From: Oopsacas minuta | Lineage: Eukaryota; Animalia; Porifera | Assembly: GCA_024704765.1 (NCBI GenBank) | Contig: JAKMXF010000144.1 | Span: 310,001 to 374,000, forward strand | Length of the DNA stretch: 64,000 nt | Direction: 5' to 3' | Shown: one piece after another, positions 1 to 12,282 of the stretch | Layout: every line of letters starts with the position of its first letter | Position numbering within the stretch: position 1 is the stretch's first letter | Program-made: the position numbers and the translations under genes | Notes under the pieces: generated by a model | Told to the model about the DNA's origin: nothing | Seen by the model: the letters and a program-made list of their open reading frames with translations, nothing else | The model's database searches: none

Positions 1-400
1 ATAATTTATAGTAACCCTGATACAGCTGTTTATTTAAAGGACATGACATCTCCATGTCATTTTCAATCACAGAGCAGAGATCCACGTATTTCGAATATCG
101 AATGAATCCGAAATTAAACGTTACAACGAGTGTAGCTGGGTACACGAGGGTTTTACGTAAAGCTATTTTGTAGTCAATCTTCATATACCGCGTGAAGTCT
201 AAGGGATACGGGGTAACGTTCAAGTATATGATGTTAGCTGGGTATGTGTAGTTAAACGCACAATCTTGGTATTGAAAAGTCTCATTACGCTCCAGCTGGA
301 TTCCATCGTTAAGATCTAAATCGAACTCTCCGTAAGAGTTTTTATCAATCGCAAATGAACAGATGCCTGTTACGAATAATATCCACAAAATCAACTTCAT
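1..400 (-). CDS. ML (MD-2-related lipid recognition, NPC2/GM2A-like) secreted protein, 3' end outside window
   Basis: Not in the ORF track because it runs off the window. ATG at 400, open to position 1: MKLILWILFVTGICSFA (signal peptide) ... FQYQDC ... YPANIIYLNVTPYPLDF ... DLCSVIENDMEMSCPLNKQLY. The Cys spacing and V-T-P-x-P motif fit the ML fold. Confidence 0.8.
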   Translation of the reverse strand, partial: MKLILWILFVTGICSFAIDKNSYGEFDLDLNDGIQLERNETFQYQDCAFNYTYPANIIYLNVTPYPLDFTRYMKIDYKIALRKTLVYPATLVVTFNFGFIRYSKYVDLCSVIENDMEMSCPLNKQLYQGYYKL

Positions 401-607
401 GATTATCAATAATACAGCCCAAAAGCTGTCGAAATAATTTATATGTAACGAAATGTGACTATACCGTATCATGTGTAGTGACAGCTGATTGTAATATTGT
501 ATTGCGTATGAGTTAAACTGTGTGTTGTGTCATAATTAGGTAAATTAGATAATAACTCTACAATCGATATCATAACTAATATTCCTTACATTATTAATTA
601 AAAACTT

Positions 608-3574
608 TTATTTGTTCCACTTGAGCTGAAGCTTAGCACTCTTATTGGGTGCTAAGCATAGTCCAGAGGTTGTCACACACTGTACAACCGCGAAAATAGC
701 AAATTGGTCTTGCTTGCTTTGTTGAATAGTTATGTTTTTGAGGTAGAAATAATTCGTATGAGACTGCCCGATAAAATCCGTGTATTGTCTAGACACATTC
801 TTGTCGGTTGTCAGGTAAATATTGTAATGAGAAGCTGGATCAGAGGGGGGCAAATTGGGCTGGTCCCATTTGAGGAGGAAAGATACGTTTAAGGTGTTAG
901 TTTTCGCGTTAGACCAATCAAAATCAGAGGCTTTCAAGTTATTAACAGGGATAGAGAATGAGTTTAAACAGGCTGGATCAATTATCCGTATTTCCCCAAC
1001 TGAGAATGAAAATTTGAACCTATTTCCTATGTCAGGTGGTTGAATAGGTGGCAGGAGATTAAGCCTAACTTCACGGATACTCGCTTTATCGATGTCTTTA
1101 CTGGCTATTAAGAAATACGAAGTACGCCATTGTTCAGGTGTTTTATCTAGAGTCATAGTATCTATTTTATCCATGTACTCTGGGTATAATGGTGCATAAG
1201 CTAGGTGTTGATCCTCTTTCCCTGCTTGTATACCAACATCAACTAGAGGTATGTCAGGGGATCGTCTGAGATGATATTTCTCCACGAGACGCTCATCAAT
1301 CCGATCCAGCTGTTCAGATCCCTCTACACTAGCTGTGGGGTCTAATGTGATATATTTTGGTCCTTTAGGGTTTGATAAATTTAGCTCCAAAAGGTGTCTG
1401 ACGTGTCCCTCGTATTCAGGTTGCTCTCTGAATGTATACGTCACAAGGATAGTTGAGTATATAGGAATCTCAGTCACGAATAAACGAATAATTAATCTAG
1501 AATCAGATCCGATTGCTTCTTTAAATACTTCTCCGTTACAGACGAGATTCTGAGCACCGTTATAAGCTTCACTATTCCCAGTCACGTACAGGTTGTTAAC
1601 TAGGATATTAAGTCCTGATTTACCAGGGTGATAATACTCGTCTAAGAAGTGTGGTTGTAGCTGTTGAGAGCTATGATTAGTCCAGTCTGTATTCAGTACT
1701 CTCCTGCCTTGATGGTAACCTCGTGGCCCAATGCCACGACAGAATGACGTCACGAATTGGCGCGTAACGTAGGGGTGTGGTCGCGTGAACGGTTTCAGTT
1801 TATCCCAGAATAAAGTTTGGTTCTTAATGAAGTTTTCTTTCGGAAGATTCTCATATACCCAGCCTGGAGCGAATATAGCCGCGGACAGCTGATGTTTGCG
1901 GATCATTTTCATAGCGAAGTCACAGTTCCACCCCCCGTCTCCTGGTACACCCCTCCCAAACACGTCTATACCCACGTACACATCCGTGGCTCGGGCACCC
2001 GACAGGTGTTTTGTGTCCTGTAGGGCCAAATCGGACCAATGGTAGTTGAGGAAGATACCATCACATGCATCAAAGAATATTTTATTGAGTTGATTGAGTT
2101 TGTTCTGCCAACGGAGCTCTCCTCTCACTGTCACAGCATCGTACCATATGACAGCTCCTTCTGGGTTAATACGCTTTACACCAAAAGTCAGCTAAATAGA
2201 ATGAATAGTCAAATGATATTATACATACCGTCAACTCCCATTACATCGAAGCTCAAGGGAAAGTCATAATAACGTCGATATAACTGATGAGGTATTCGAT
2301 ATCCCGTCTTCGATGTAACTGGAATTGACTGTAACATTTCTACCAACTTACTTGTTTTAAGAACTCCACCATTCTATCTATAAGGCTTGGAGGTAGCGGA
2401 TTTTCTATGTTCACAAGCCATCCATCGAATCCGTAATATCTAGTAATGCTCAATATAAGATCAACACTTCTGTTCAATGAGGCTTGGTTTCTTAAAATCT
2501 CTAGACAGATCCCGTATCCCTTCTCCCCCTCTGTTATGAGGGTACCCAGAGATAGAACACCGTGTTTATGAGCAGAGTTGGTCCAGCAAGAAGGAGGAAT
2601 TGTTAGAAAACTAAAAACAAACTACAATTAGTACTTAAGAACCCTGTACGTGTGGACGAGTAGTCCGGACACACGATTTTTCGCAAAAAAGGACACTCTG
2701 ACCTACATTTTTGTAATTTTGATGATATAAAACGAAAATTTCCATGCTAAGTGGTTGAGTTACAATCTATTCTTATGTACCTGTGTGAGAAATACACAAA
2801 ACTGTCAATATAAGCCCAATGATAGAAGCAATAGTTATTAGAGTCCCAGTGCCCCTGAGGGTACTTATCGTAATGATAACCTCCCATCATATCGTGACAG
2901 AACAGGGTCTTAGGCTCTCCCAGCTGTTTATGCTTCTCTGATACTCTGAGGGGGACTGTTGAGACGTTCCATGGGTCATGTCCTTTTTGCCAGAAGTTGA
3001 GCTCCTCTAAGGACTCTATGGGGGAGATACATGGGAGTCCGGTGTTACGACATAGAGTGAGGTTACTGTTGGGGGGTCTGGATTTGAGGAATATTTCCTG
3101 GGAGTCTTGAGAAGCAGGTCTATATTTGGGAGGAGGGAGATCAGTAATGGAGTTGGACTTTACAGCTGGTAGGGATTTAGAAACATTGTCCTTATGGATG
3201 ATCTGTCTCTTCACTACCCCTCTATCTGACAGGGGTAATATCTCTGGGATATCACAATGGACAACTTCTATTCCCTCGGAGGAAGATTCCCCCGTGTGTA
3301 TTCGGGTATTGAATGATCTTATCCTCTTATTACGGAGATCATCTACCGAGTCACACGGCTCTTCGCTGGATTCTATCCAATCTGGATTACGTCCTGGCCT
3401 CCTATTTCTCTCAGATCGTTTCATAAGTACTATAACCGCCAATACTAGCAGAGATACCATGAGTATAGTTAGAAGAACAGTCCAGTCGGAAAAAGAATTC
3501 GAAACAGGAGATGGAGGGAAAGAGCTCTCTTCTATCTCAATAACTACATCAACATCTTCATCCACTGGATCCAT
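608..3574 (-). CDS. ENGASE: Endo-beta-N-acetylglucosaminidase (GH85) with N-terminal hydrophobic anchor
   Basis: Exons 3574-2781, 2610-2352, 2191-608 with GT-AG introns and consistent phases. Motifs LFCHDMMGGY, FVYFSH, GFDGWLVNIEN (catalytic N-x-E), VIWYDAV, FLNYHW, DVYVGIDVFGRG. Confidence 0.93.
2228..2331. mobile_element. MITE family A (Tc1/mariner-pogo type) in ENGASE intron 2
   Basis: TIRs CCGTCAACTCCCATTACATCGAAG / CTTCGATGTAACTGGAATTGACTG, TA on both sides. Confidence 0.8.
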
Positions 3575-3783
3575 TGTGTTAGAGAAGAATTTAGCACTTG
3601 TCACCCTAGTTACCAGTAATTAGTTCAAGTATTCAGCAATTAGTAACGCTATTTTTGAGTTTAGCAATACAGAAATGAAATATACATATACGGTAAGGAG
3701 ACAAAATTACTATTACATTGTGTCTGTGGATTTACAATTATACTAGGGTTACAGCTGTTTATGCTTTCTTTCTTCCTTGCAAT

Positions 3784-3954
3784 CATCACTACTAACCTTT
3801 ACAACTGTTTGCAAATAATGGCGACATATATGTTATGACTTTTCATAAACTGGAGCCATCGGGGATAACGGGGGAATGCAATAGATCTTGTAGACCCCCT
3901 GATGTCCTCCGTGGACCACCAAGGGCCCCATATACCCAAGGTTGACACCCGCTG
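3784..3954 (-). mobile_element. MITE family D (hAT/Charlie-like) copy
   Basis: Minus strand starts CAGCGGGTGTCAACC and contains CCCTTGGTGGTCCACGGA...CAGGGGGT, shared with 16367 and 50024. Right end degenerate. Confidence 0.6.
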
Positions 3955-4763
3955 CAGTAAATAAAATGCTATTTCCCATGAAAATTCAATTCCCTTTTTT
4001 GTCAGCTCATAAACATAATGAGTTTCAAAAATATCCATTTATGTCACTGTTCTAACCCCTAATTTGTCTCTATCATCGCATACACAGGTTGCAGTATATT
4101 CTGTCAGATAGAAGTCCTGTATGTTTGTAATTATGTAATGGGAAACTTGATAATCAATGATTTAATCATATGACACGTTCCATGCATAATTACAGACTCT
4201 TTGTTGACTCAATATTTGCAAAATAGCATCACTACATTATGTGACAGTTCGGACTGTACTATGTATTTACATTGGACATGGTACAGATTCAGATTTCTTC
4301 CAAAAACGAAACCAAATTGTAGAATTATATTTCTTTATAATCGTCGCTACATGATGTTATGTCCCATTCGCACTTTAGCTCTGTTTCATTGATAATTTAC
4401 CATTTCAGGAGCTTCGCTATTAAGAGGAATCATCTTCATAACAAGGGCTACAGCGATTGCAATTAAGTTTCCCTTATTTAGCCGATTAATAAACGAAAGC
4501 CATATTTGTAAATCAAGTGAAATTCCCGGAACCTTCGCTATAGACCGCTGAATCAAGAGAAATCATACAAACTTAATATATTTCGAGAATCCTTTGCAAG
4601 TAGAGGCAAGCAACTACTCTAATTAATTGCAATATCTTACATCTTACATAGTTTATATGTATAAGCCACCTGAGCCAGTATTTAAGCATAGAGCACTACC
4701 TCGTGGTTTGTTTTACATTTAAATTGAACGAATATCCAATTTTTGTTGATCCTTTTTAGAGAA

Positions 4764-7700
4764 ATGACTTCCGTAAGACAAGCAGAAACGTTGAATGGTA
4801 TAGGATTACAAAATGATCAACTGTTCAGAAGTTTGCAAAAACAGCCTTCTGAACGGACCCGCAAGGATTACGATGCGATTGTTGATGCGCTTTTCCAATT
4901 TCCCGCTTTCCAGGGCTGTGAAGTTAAAATGTTATATTCAATTATACCTTGCGCACATTTTGAATTATTAGCGAAAGGTGACGAACTAGGAAAATCGGCT
5001 AAAAAACTAAAACGTAGAATCAGTTTTCAACGCAGTGATCCAAAAGTGAAAGATGGCTCTTTCCGTTCAAATTCGACACGACAGAAACACGAGAGCATTT
5101 GGTATATGTTAGTCTCTGGCAGTATTATCTATGAGTTGGAGAGACTTGAGAAAGGGAGTGTTTTCGAGGTGAGTAAGGAAGCCCTGAAAGGACACAATCA
5201 TCGCTGGGGTAAAAAGAAAGATATGCAGATACCTGTAGCGATAACTAATAGTTCTCTAGTCAGGTTTACTTACCTACCGGAAGAGGTAAAGGAGTCCGGT
5301 CACGCGTACCGATCGTCATTTACCGCCCACTTGGAAAGTATTGAATCTGTTAAGCAAGTCCCGATTGGTAAGAGACTATCAATCTCATATTCTCAAGATT
5401 GTATATACCCCAATTCCGCAGAGCAACGCAGCAGGAATTTGAGTAGTTTGGTTGATCCTAAGTCTCAGTTAACGAACAGCACAGAGAGTGAATTGATACC
5501 AAAAGACCCTCTAATAGTTTATACAGGTCCTAGTCCTCAGAAAAAAATGCTAAGCAACAATTCCGACGGTCTTTTAAGTCCCAGTTTAACGGAGGGTAGT
5601 ACGGGTCATAGTTTCCCATTCGGTGTATCACCCAGTCCGGCATGGCCTAGACACAGTCAGTGTTCAGTTGGCAGTGAATCTGCTCACTCCCAGAACTCTT
5701 CTACTGATTACTCTCTTGGGAGTAACGGTGATAAAGGAAAATCTGATCCTAAACCTCCGTCGATTACAAACGATATGTCATTATTCTCCATAGACAAATT
5801 CCTGCCAGACTTTATAACTGAGACTGTTAGTAAACTGCCACAAGACAGGACTGAAGAAGAGATTTCTAATATTTCAACTTGCCTCAAGAACGCTCCAGCA
5901 TTTACATCATTCTCTGACCCGGTTAGATGGCGGATTTGTTCTAAAATGAGATATAAATCTGTACCGAGTATTGGTATGGTTGTCCTGAAGCAGGGAGAGA
6001 CGGTAGACTGCTGGTATGTGATACTCAGTGGGAGTGTAGAGATGTTTATTGACGGTCAGTCACCTTTCAAGCTACAGATTGGCAGTTCATTCGGTCTAGG
6101 TCCAAAGCTCACCCCACTAACATGTAAGGGTAACATGATGACAGCTGAAGCTAACTGTATATTCGGTTATCTCCCTCTCGAACAACTCAAATCGATCTTG
6201 GAGGAGAACCAGCAGAAACGAGTCACACAATTTGAAGGGGATAAGCCTATATCAGTGCAGGAGCTGAGACAAGGATCTGGCGGGCAGTATGGTTACGTCA
6301 TTCTACAAGCTACCCCTGACATGCTACTCAGTCAGCTGGTGGAGACTAGCATAGATGAGAAGTACATTGAATACTTCCTCCTTACATATCGTGTATTTCT
6401 TCCACAACCTTCTGGCGTATCCTACAGGATAGAGCATTGGTTCTCTACACCCAACCATTCTATTAAAGCTGTACAGGTATTACTCATTTGGCTACGTAAT
6501 CACTATACTGACTTTGAGCACGATAACGAAATGCAGGATTTTCTAGACAAGTTTATACATATGTTGAAGGTGTCGGGTCGTGAGATGGCAGGATATGCTG
6601 ATAGTATTAGGGAGCTACGCGCAATAAAGTCATCCCTCAGATATGTGTCTATGTCCGCACTACACGAGCAGGTCTCTCCTATCGCTATAGGGGGTGGAGC
6701 TGAAATTGGATTTCCTATTCTAGTTACTAAAGTTACAAAGACTCGTCTCTTAAATATTGCATTGCTACAAGGTGATGAGTTGGTTTCTATAAATGGAAAT
6801 TCTTGTACAAACAAAACTTCAAATTGGGCGAGAAAGCTCCTCTTCTCAGGTATAGAATTGGAAGTTGGAGTTAAATATTCTAGAGACACTTTTGATAGGT
6901 TTATGAGTCTCCCGCGCGAATTCCATGTGACAGGATTCAACCCCGGGTACATAACACCTAACGCCATCAGTTCTCCTGACCTCTCCTCTCTCAACTGTGA
7001 ATCTGACTCACAACCCAATTCATCACACAAACGATCTCCAGGTGGTCTTCTAAGACGGAGTTTCAGGTTAAAACCTGCCAGTAGTAATGAAGATAAGTCG
7101 AAGAGTCTGGGTTCTAGCAGTCAGTTAGATAAGCAATACGATAGATTCTTAAAGAGGAGAGGGAGTCTCCCGAAGAACTTTGTTAGCAAATCTCGTAAGA
7201 ATTTCCTCGCTAGACCTGTGAGAAATGAGAGAGCAGCTACTGTCACCCCAGATTCCTCTGTATTCGGAGAAGAGGACTCTGCTTCTAGCTCAAACGAGCG
7301 TCACTCTGACCAGAACTCACGCTATCCATCGGGTACCTATACACTTCGCCCCACACGTGCTAATTCCGGTATAGCGCTCAAGAAACATATTCTTAAGCTA
7401 TACTATGTAGACCATTCATTCCGTTATATACTCATATCTCTACTAACCAGATCCTGTGACGTCATACAATTGGGTTTACAAGAGTATAACGCTGATTCTG
7501 CAACTTTTTACACCTCTCATGAACACCATCATCTCTGCCTAGCAACGGTCGATGCCAATGGAATTGTAAAGACATCTATTCTCCCACCAACTCTATCTAA
7601 TCTCCCATCAAAATACCTTCCCGGCTGTAGATTCTATGTTAAACCGAGTTTTATTGTAGGAAGTATTTGTCATGACGAAGTGGCTAAAGAAATGTTCCAG

Positions 7701-8741
7701 GAATCCCTCGATCTTGTAAAATTGACTAATTTAGACTCAGAAAGGTTGGCCAGGAGAGTTACACTACGAGATTCTACCATGTTTAGATCTATTCCATCTA
7801 CTGATTACATTTCTGACATTTTCAAATGCTACTCTCCTAACAACCGGAAGCAGCTACAGGAATTTATTGATCTATCAAATGCAGAGCGTTGGTGGGTGTG
7901 TACTGAGGTTGTGAATGAACGCAATATATCTGTACGTGCTAAGATAATCAAAATGTTTATAAAGCTAGCCAGCTCCTGTCGACAACTCAACAACTTCAAT
8001 GCAATGTTCTCTGTCATAAGCGGGCTAGATCATAATAGTGTAAGTAGACTCAAGACAACTTGGGATAGAGTGTCTGGAAAATACAAACGAATCCTGAACG
8101 ACCTCAAAGTCTACCTAAACCCCATGCGTAACATGGGAGAGTACAGGTCTCTCCTTAGGACCGTGTCCCAATCAGGCGTACCATGTATCCCAATGTTCCC
8201 TATTGTACAGAAAGACCTTACAGTTATTCATATGAGTAACAGTACACACATCGATGGAATGGTTAATTTTGATAAACTCAGATTGTTAAGTGAGAAAATA
8301 TACATACTGAGTGCTCTATGTCCTAAACCTTATCAAAGCTTGGAGCAAGACGTCACTAACACGACACATAACACGACAACTGATAAGCCCAAATACGTCG
8401 CAATAACATCTCCCATTAAGAGACAACGAAAGAGCAGTAGTTACTCAAACAATATGGAATACAGATTACGCTATGAAGATGAACTAATGAACGTTTGTAT
8501 AGAGTATTACATTGACACGATAAACAGTCGTATCATAGATGACGAGGTGCAGTTAGAAGTTCTCTCTCAACTTTGTGAATTCACTCTAACAGGCTCGCGT
8601 AGAACCAGCCAGCAGAAACGAACAACATCTTTATCTCGTATAAGTAGCTTCAGTGTCAAAGCAGGTTCCTCTACCCATCTTATTGTCCCTGAGAAGAAAC
8701 CTCTCTCAAGTACACGGTCTTTCGAATTCCTTTCCAAATAG
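4764..8741 (+). CDS. RAPGEF2: Rap guanine nucleotide exchange factor, PDZ-GEF type (cNMP-like, REM, PDZ, RA, RasGEF); single coding exon
   Basis: 1332-codon ORF, first ATG 4764. cNMP-like (QGETVDCWYVILSGSV), REM (YIEYFLLTYRVF), PDZ (IGGGAEIGFPI...GDELVSING), CDC25 domain (NNFNAMFSVISGL, PCIPMFPIVQKDL). RAPGEF2 versus RAPGEF6 not resolvable. Confidence 0.9.
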   Translation: MTSVRQAETLNGIGLQNDQLFRSLQKQPSERTRKDYDAIVDALFQFPAFQGCEVKMLYSIIPCAHFELLAKGDELGKSAKKLKRRISFQRSDPKVKDGSFRSNSTRQKHESIWYMLVSGSIIYELERLEKGSVFEVSKEALKGHNHRWGKKKDMQIPVAITNSSLVRFTYLPEEVKESGHAYRSSFTAHLESIESVKQVPIGKRLSISYSQDCIYPNSAEQRSRNLSSLVDPKSQLTNSTESELIPKDPLIVYTGPSPQKKMLSNNSDGLLSPSLTEGSTGHSFPFGVSPSPAWPRHSQCSVGSESAHSQNSSTDYSLGSNGDKGKSDPKPPSITNDMSLFSIDKFLPDFITETVSKLPQDRTEEEISNISTCLKNAPAFTSFSDPVRWRICSKMRYKSVPSIGMVVLKQGETVDCWYVILSGSVEMFIDGQSPFKLQIGSSFGLGPKLTPLTCKGNMMTAEANCIFGYLPLEQLKSILEENQQKRVTQFEGDKPISVQELRQGSGGQYGYVILQATPDMLLSQLVETSIDEKYIEYFLLTYRVFLPQPSGVSYRIEHWFSTPNHSIKAVQVLLIWLRNHYTDFEHDNEMQDFLDKFIHMLKVSGREMAGYADSIRELRAIKSSLRYVSMSALHEQVSPIAIGGGAEIGFPILVTKVTKTRLLNIALLQGDELVSINGNSCTNKTSNWARKLLFSGIELEVGVKYSRDTFDRFMSLPREFHVTGFNPGYITPNAISSPDLSSLNCESDSQPNSSHKRSPGGLLRRSFRLKPASSNEDKSKSLGSSSQLDKQYDRFLKRRGSLPKNFVSKSRKNFLARPVRNERAATVTPDSSVFGEEDSASSSNERHSDQNSRYPSGTYTLRPTRANSGIALKKHILKLYYVDHSFRYILISLLTRSCDVIQLGLQEYNADSATFYTSHEHHHLCLATVDANGIVKTSILPPTLSNLPSKYLPGCRFYVKPSFIVGSICHDEVAKEMFQESLDLVKLTNLDSERLARRVTLRDSTMFRSIPSTDYISDIFKCYSPNNRKQLQEFIDLSNAERWWVCTEVVNERNISVRAKIIKMFIKLASSCRQLNNFNAMFSVISGLDHNSVSRLKTTWDRVSGKYKRILNDLKVYLNPMRNMGEYRSLLRTVSQSGVPCIPMFPIVQKDLTVIHMSNSTHIDGMVNFDKLRLLSEKIYILSALCPKPYQSLEQDVTNTTHNTTTDKPKYVAITSPIKRQRKSSSYSNNMEYRLRYEDELMNVCIEYYIDTINSRIIDDEVQLEVLSQLCEFTLTGSRRTSQQKRTTSLSRISSFSVKAGSSTHLIVPEKKPLSSTRSFEFLSK

Positions 8742-10249
8742 ATCCAAATATTTAAGGGTCTATTTTTATCCTATTTTAACTTGGAAATACTTTGAGTTGC
8801 TATAATGTATATTTTGCTATGTATCTCTGCTATAAAATATTCCGTTTGTAATTAATTTTTCACCAACTATATATGTACGTATTTATTGGAATCTCATGTC
8901 CTAGCTATTTAACGGGACAGGAGGTTATATTTTGATGTAGAGTGTTGTGTTAGTCTCATATGCTGAATCGAGGATGATTAGACAACAAAACTAGCTACTG
9001 CTCACCAAATTTAGTTTCTGTGGACACTTATCTTTGCATTTTAATGTCTAAGCCAACACCTGTTGTCATATGAGAGCTTAGTTGCAGATTTATTTCCTTA
9101 CGGTTTATCAAATATTTCATCATAGCCATCGGCTACTAGACTAGACCGTAGGCAGGAAAATCTGGGTACTAACTATATGAAATATTATTATTCATTCTGA
9201 AATCGAATTGCATATTGGCTCTGCGTATGTTATTTTAAACTGTCTATTCATGCAAAGTTTGAACTCTCCATGTCGTGACTTGATGTCCATTTAATTACTT
9301 AACCTACATTTTATCCTAATTTCTAATAGATTAATCATATAACACCTTCTCGCTTGCCCTATTGATAAGCGTTTCTCAAAATGAAAGATTATTAGAGACT
9401 TTAAAAGGCAAATTATGTTAGATAATTACAAACATTGGAATCTGTTAAGGATGTAAGTAAGAGTGTAGCTGAGTATTCAACTTCAGTTTCATCAATTCCT
9501 AATCTTGAATTCGAACTATGAGACGGAAGGCTCCTCATTGTATGGGCATTATCTGCCTCTTTAACTTTGTGTGAGAAATGAAGAGCGATTCTAATAGTTT
9601 GTTTATTGAATTGAGAGAAGCACGTCGTAATCATAAGTTCTTTGGATAATTGTCCAGTTTATTCAAAGATATTTGTATGGACTGAAAATGTCTCATTTGT
9701 GGAATTGTTAGGAGTTCTCTTTCTACTTCAAAAGCTGTCCTGGAACTTTTTCCAAAGTTCTATTAAACTTTTCTTGTTAGTGAATATTGTTATTCTCATT
9801 CAAAGTTTAATTTTCGACAAGTTTTGGACTTCATTCTATTGATAAAGTGTTCAGAATTCCCTCAAGTTCGAAATAAGTTTGTGTAGACGAATAGCTATTA
9901 TAATAATATTGTGTGTTGTTTAATAGACCCTTTAATTATTCTTAAGCCATCAATCAACACATCTATGCCAAGTTGTTCATGTTATAACCTTTTCTAGACT
10001 GTATTATAGACCTATGGCGCTATGTTGTTACCACTTTATTTATATTCAAACTATACCTATTTACAAGAAAGCTTTTTGCTTACTTGTGTTGCGCGGTTCG
10101 CAAGCACTTCGTGTCTGATTCCATTGTATGCTGGCTATAAGAACAACTATTGCTACTCCCAAGGGGGTTCTTATAACCGGCATCCACTGTACATGTATGC
10201 CCTTCATGCTTCATGTTCCAGTTCTGATGCCATTAGCAACATACAACAG

Positions 10250-12282
10250 ATGATCTTACAAAGAGAAATCATACTTGATATACTCCTATTCATTATTTTC
10301 ATGTATGTTGGAAGAACTTATATTTCTGAGGTACGTAGGACTAATGAATTAAGAGAGGAAATGTCGAATGAGATTTTGCTGGGAGTAGATAGACAGGAAT
10401 ATGAGAGTAATGTCAGTAGGGAGGAGGAATTAGCCTTGAAAGTATGTAAAGAAGAGATTCAAAGGAAACGTGCTTACCTTGATAAATGCATTGATTACAA
10501 TGTAAAACAGGAACAATATAAGGAACAGATTGAACTCACTGAAGGAAGGAAGGAAGAAGGTAGTTAAGGATTTGATAATTATAGTCTCTTTATCTAAATT
10601 CCTATTTATAGGTTTACAAGAAATCTTAAAGATAGGACAGTTAGAGTTAGACGAATGCTTTAAGGACAGGTGAGTATAGAGTGTAGGTGGTATACTACAA
10701 CTGACTGTCTACGTAACCTTTCTATTCAACTCCTTTTTTCTTTATGTATATTTGTCCGAGTTGAATAAGAAACTGGCATAATAGCAACAAAATTGATTTT
10801 TCACATGTGTGTGGAATATTATCTTGTAAATTGATTTGTTCTGTCAAATATATGTTTTCCAATCGATTCTGACGCATAACTCTATGAATAATTGTTCTAG
10901 AGGGCACTTTCGGCGGACACGAAGTATCCACGGTTCGCATAGGGCAAGCAAGTGAAGCGTGTTTATTTCAATTATGATTTTTATAGAAATGGTTTGAAGG
11001 ACAAACATCCAGATTGTTTTCCGAAAGTTTCAAAGAGTCCTAATGAAAAGAATATATTCAGAAACAGTTCAGTGAATAAGATAAAATACTTCATACTGTT
11101 CTTAGGACATCCACGGTGTGGTAGCAGTATTATAAAGGCTGTATTAGACGCTCATCCACACGTGATTATAGCTACTGAATCAAATGCTGTACAAATATGG
11201 ACGAATCATGTAAAGAAACAAATTAAATTTGATAGATACGATTTGTTCAATATTCTCAGAAATAGATCTATATTTATAGCAGATAAAATTGGTAGAAATG
11301 TACCCGCAATAGAGAAGTACTATACACTACAGTTGCCGGGTCTGTATATGGGAGAGTACAAGGACTACATACACGTCATTGGAGACAAAGGTAGAGAATT
11401 ATACTAACTGTAAATCCTGGGATAAGTCCCGTAAGCTCATTCAGGGATTTTCTGTATTTTAAAAGATTTACAGTTTGTGTAGTGAATAGATAATTGGGTG
11501 ATATGTAGTTACATTTATTCATATATGAAGCAAACTGTAGCTATTAATAACTACCGTGTAATCTCCACAAACGAGTTACCATGGATGCAGAAAAATGCAA
11601 CCCCCGTTTCCCTGATTCTGCCAAAATCCACGTTTGTGTATGTTCATTTGTATGGGAATAGGAATTCGCTCAATTTATTTTCACTCCGTTTCCAGAGGCC
11701 TCGTTAGTGGAAGTTATACTGTAATTTTATTGCTTCCATTTTATATCTATAGAGGGACTTTTGATGAATATTGATAGAGGTTTTGATGATTCGGAGGAAT
11801 TTTTCCGATTGTTGGATAGATTCCAGAGTTTCGTCGGCTATCCTCTCAAATTTTTTTACATCGTCCGGAATCCCTACGATCTCATAGCAACCATGTACCT
11901 CTATTCTATTTCCGCAGAATTACGGCAAGAACTGTTTACGAATAATAGAACATTAAAGTCAACTCAAAGTCTAAGTAACATGGTTAGAAATCACGTAGCT
12001 TCTTTCAAGAAGCTACAAAGACACATAAACCACTACGGAGAAAGATTACTGACTCTATATAACGAAGATCTGATCTCAAATCCTAAACTGTTCATTAGAA
12101 GAATGTGTAATCACATGGGAATATACTGTAACGATTATTATATAGAAAAAACCTCTGCGAAAGCGTTCTCTAGCGTTACAAGGAGTAGATACAGTGTAGA
12201 ATGGAAACAAGACGCAAAGAACCTTGTAGATACTGCTATTAGGAATTATCCATTTCTAAACAGATATTCATTTGAAGATTGA
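10250..12282 (+). CDS. Type II membrane sulfotransferase (TPST/Sulfotransfer_3-like) with coiled-coil stem
   Basis: Exons 10250(or 10022)-10559, 10612-10669, 10987-11390, 11753-12282, all GT-AG and in phase. TM IILDILLFIIFMYVG; 5'-PSB loop GHPRCGSS; 3'-PB motif YIVRNPYDLIATM. Confidence 0.8.
11554..11721. mobile_element. MITE family B in sulfotransferase intron 3
   Basis: TA-flanked TIRs CCGTGTAATCTCCACAAACGAG / CTCGTTAGTGGAAGTTATACTG; internal TAGGAATTCGCTCAATTTAT-TTCACTCCGTTTCCA shared with 52063-52206. Confidence 0.75.

Noticed and set aside
3126-3623. 165-aa plus-strand ORF and similar antisense ORFs (6503-7030, 33391-34192, 43158-43802, 47174-47425, 49535-49822, 62889-63727)
   Set aside because: They lie opposite well-supported genes, are Ser/Leu-rich mirror translations and show no domain signal.
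3799-4038. 79-aa minus-strand ORF
   Set aside because: Largely the hAT-like MITE read through; no coding signal. The same applies to 16280-16483, 50004-50234 and 11498-11707.
9400-9900. Protein-like composition on the minus strand (ORF 9413-9634)
   Set aside because: All three frames upstream carry several stops and I could not build a spliced model or recognise a family; possibly a decayed gene, left uncalled.
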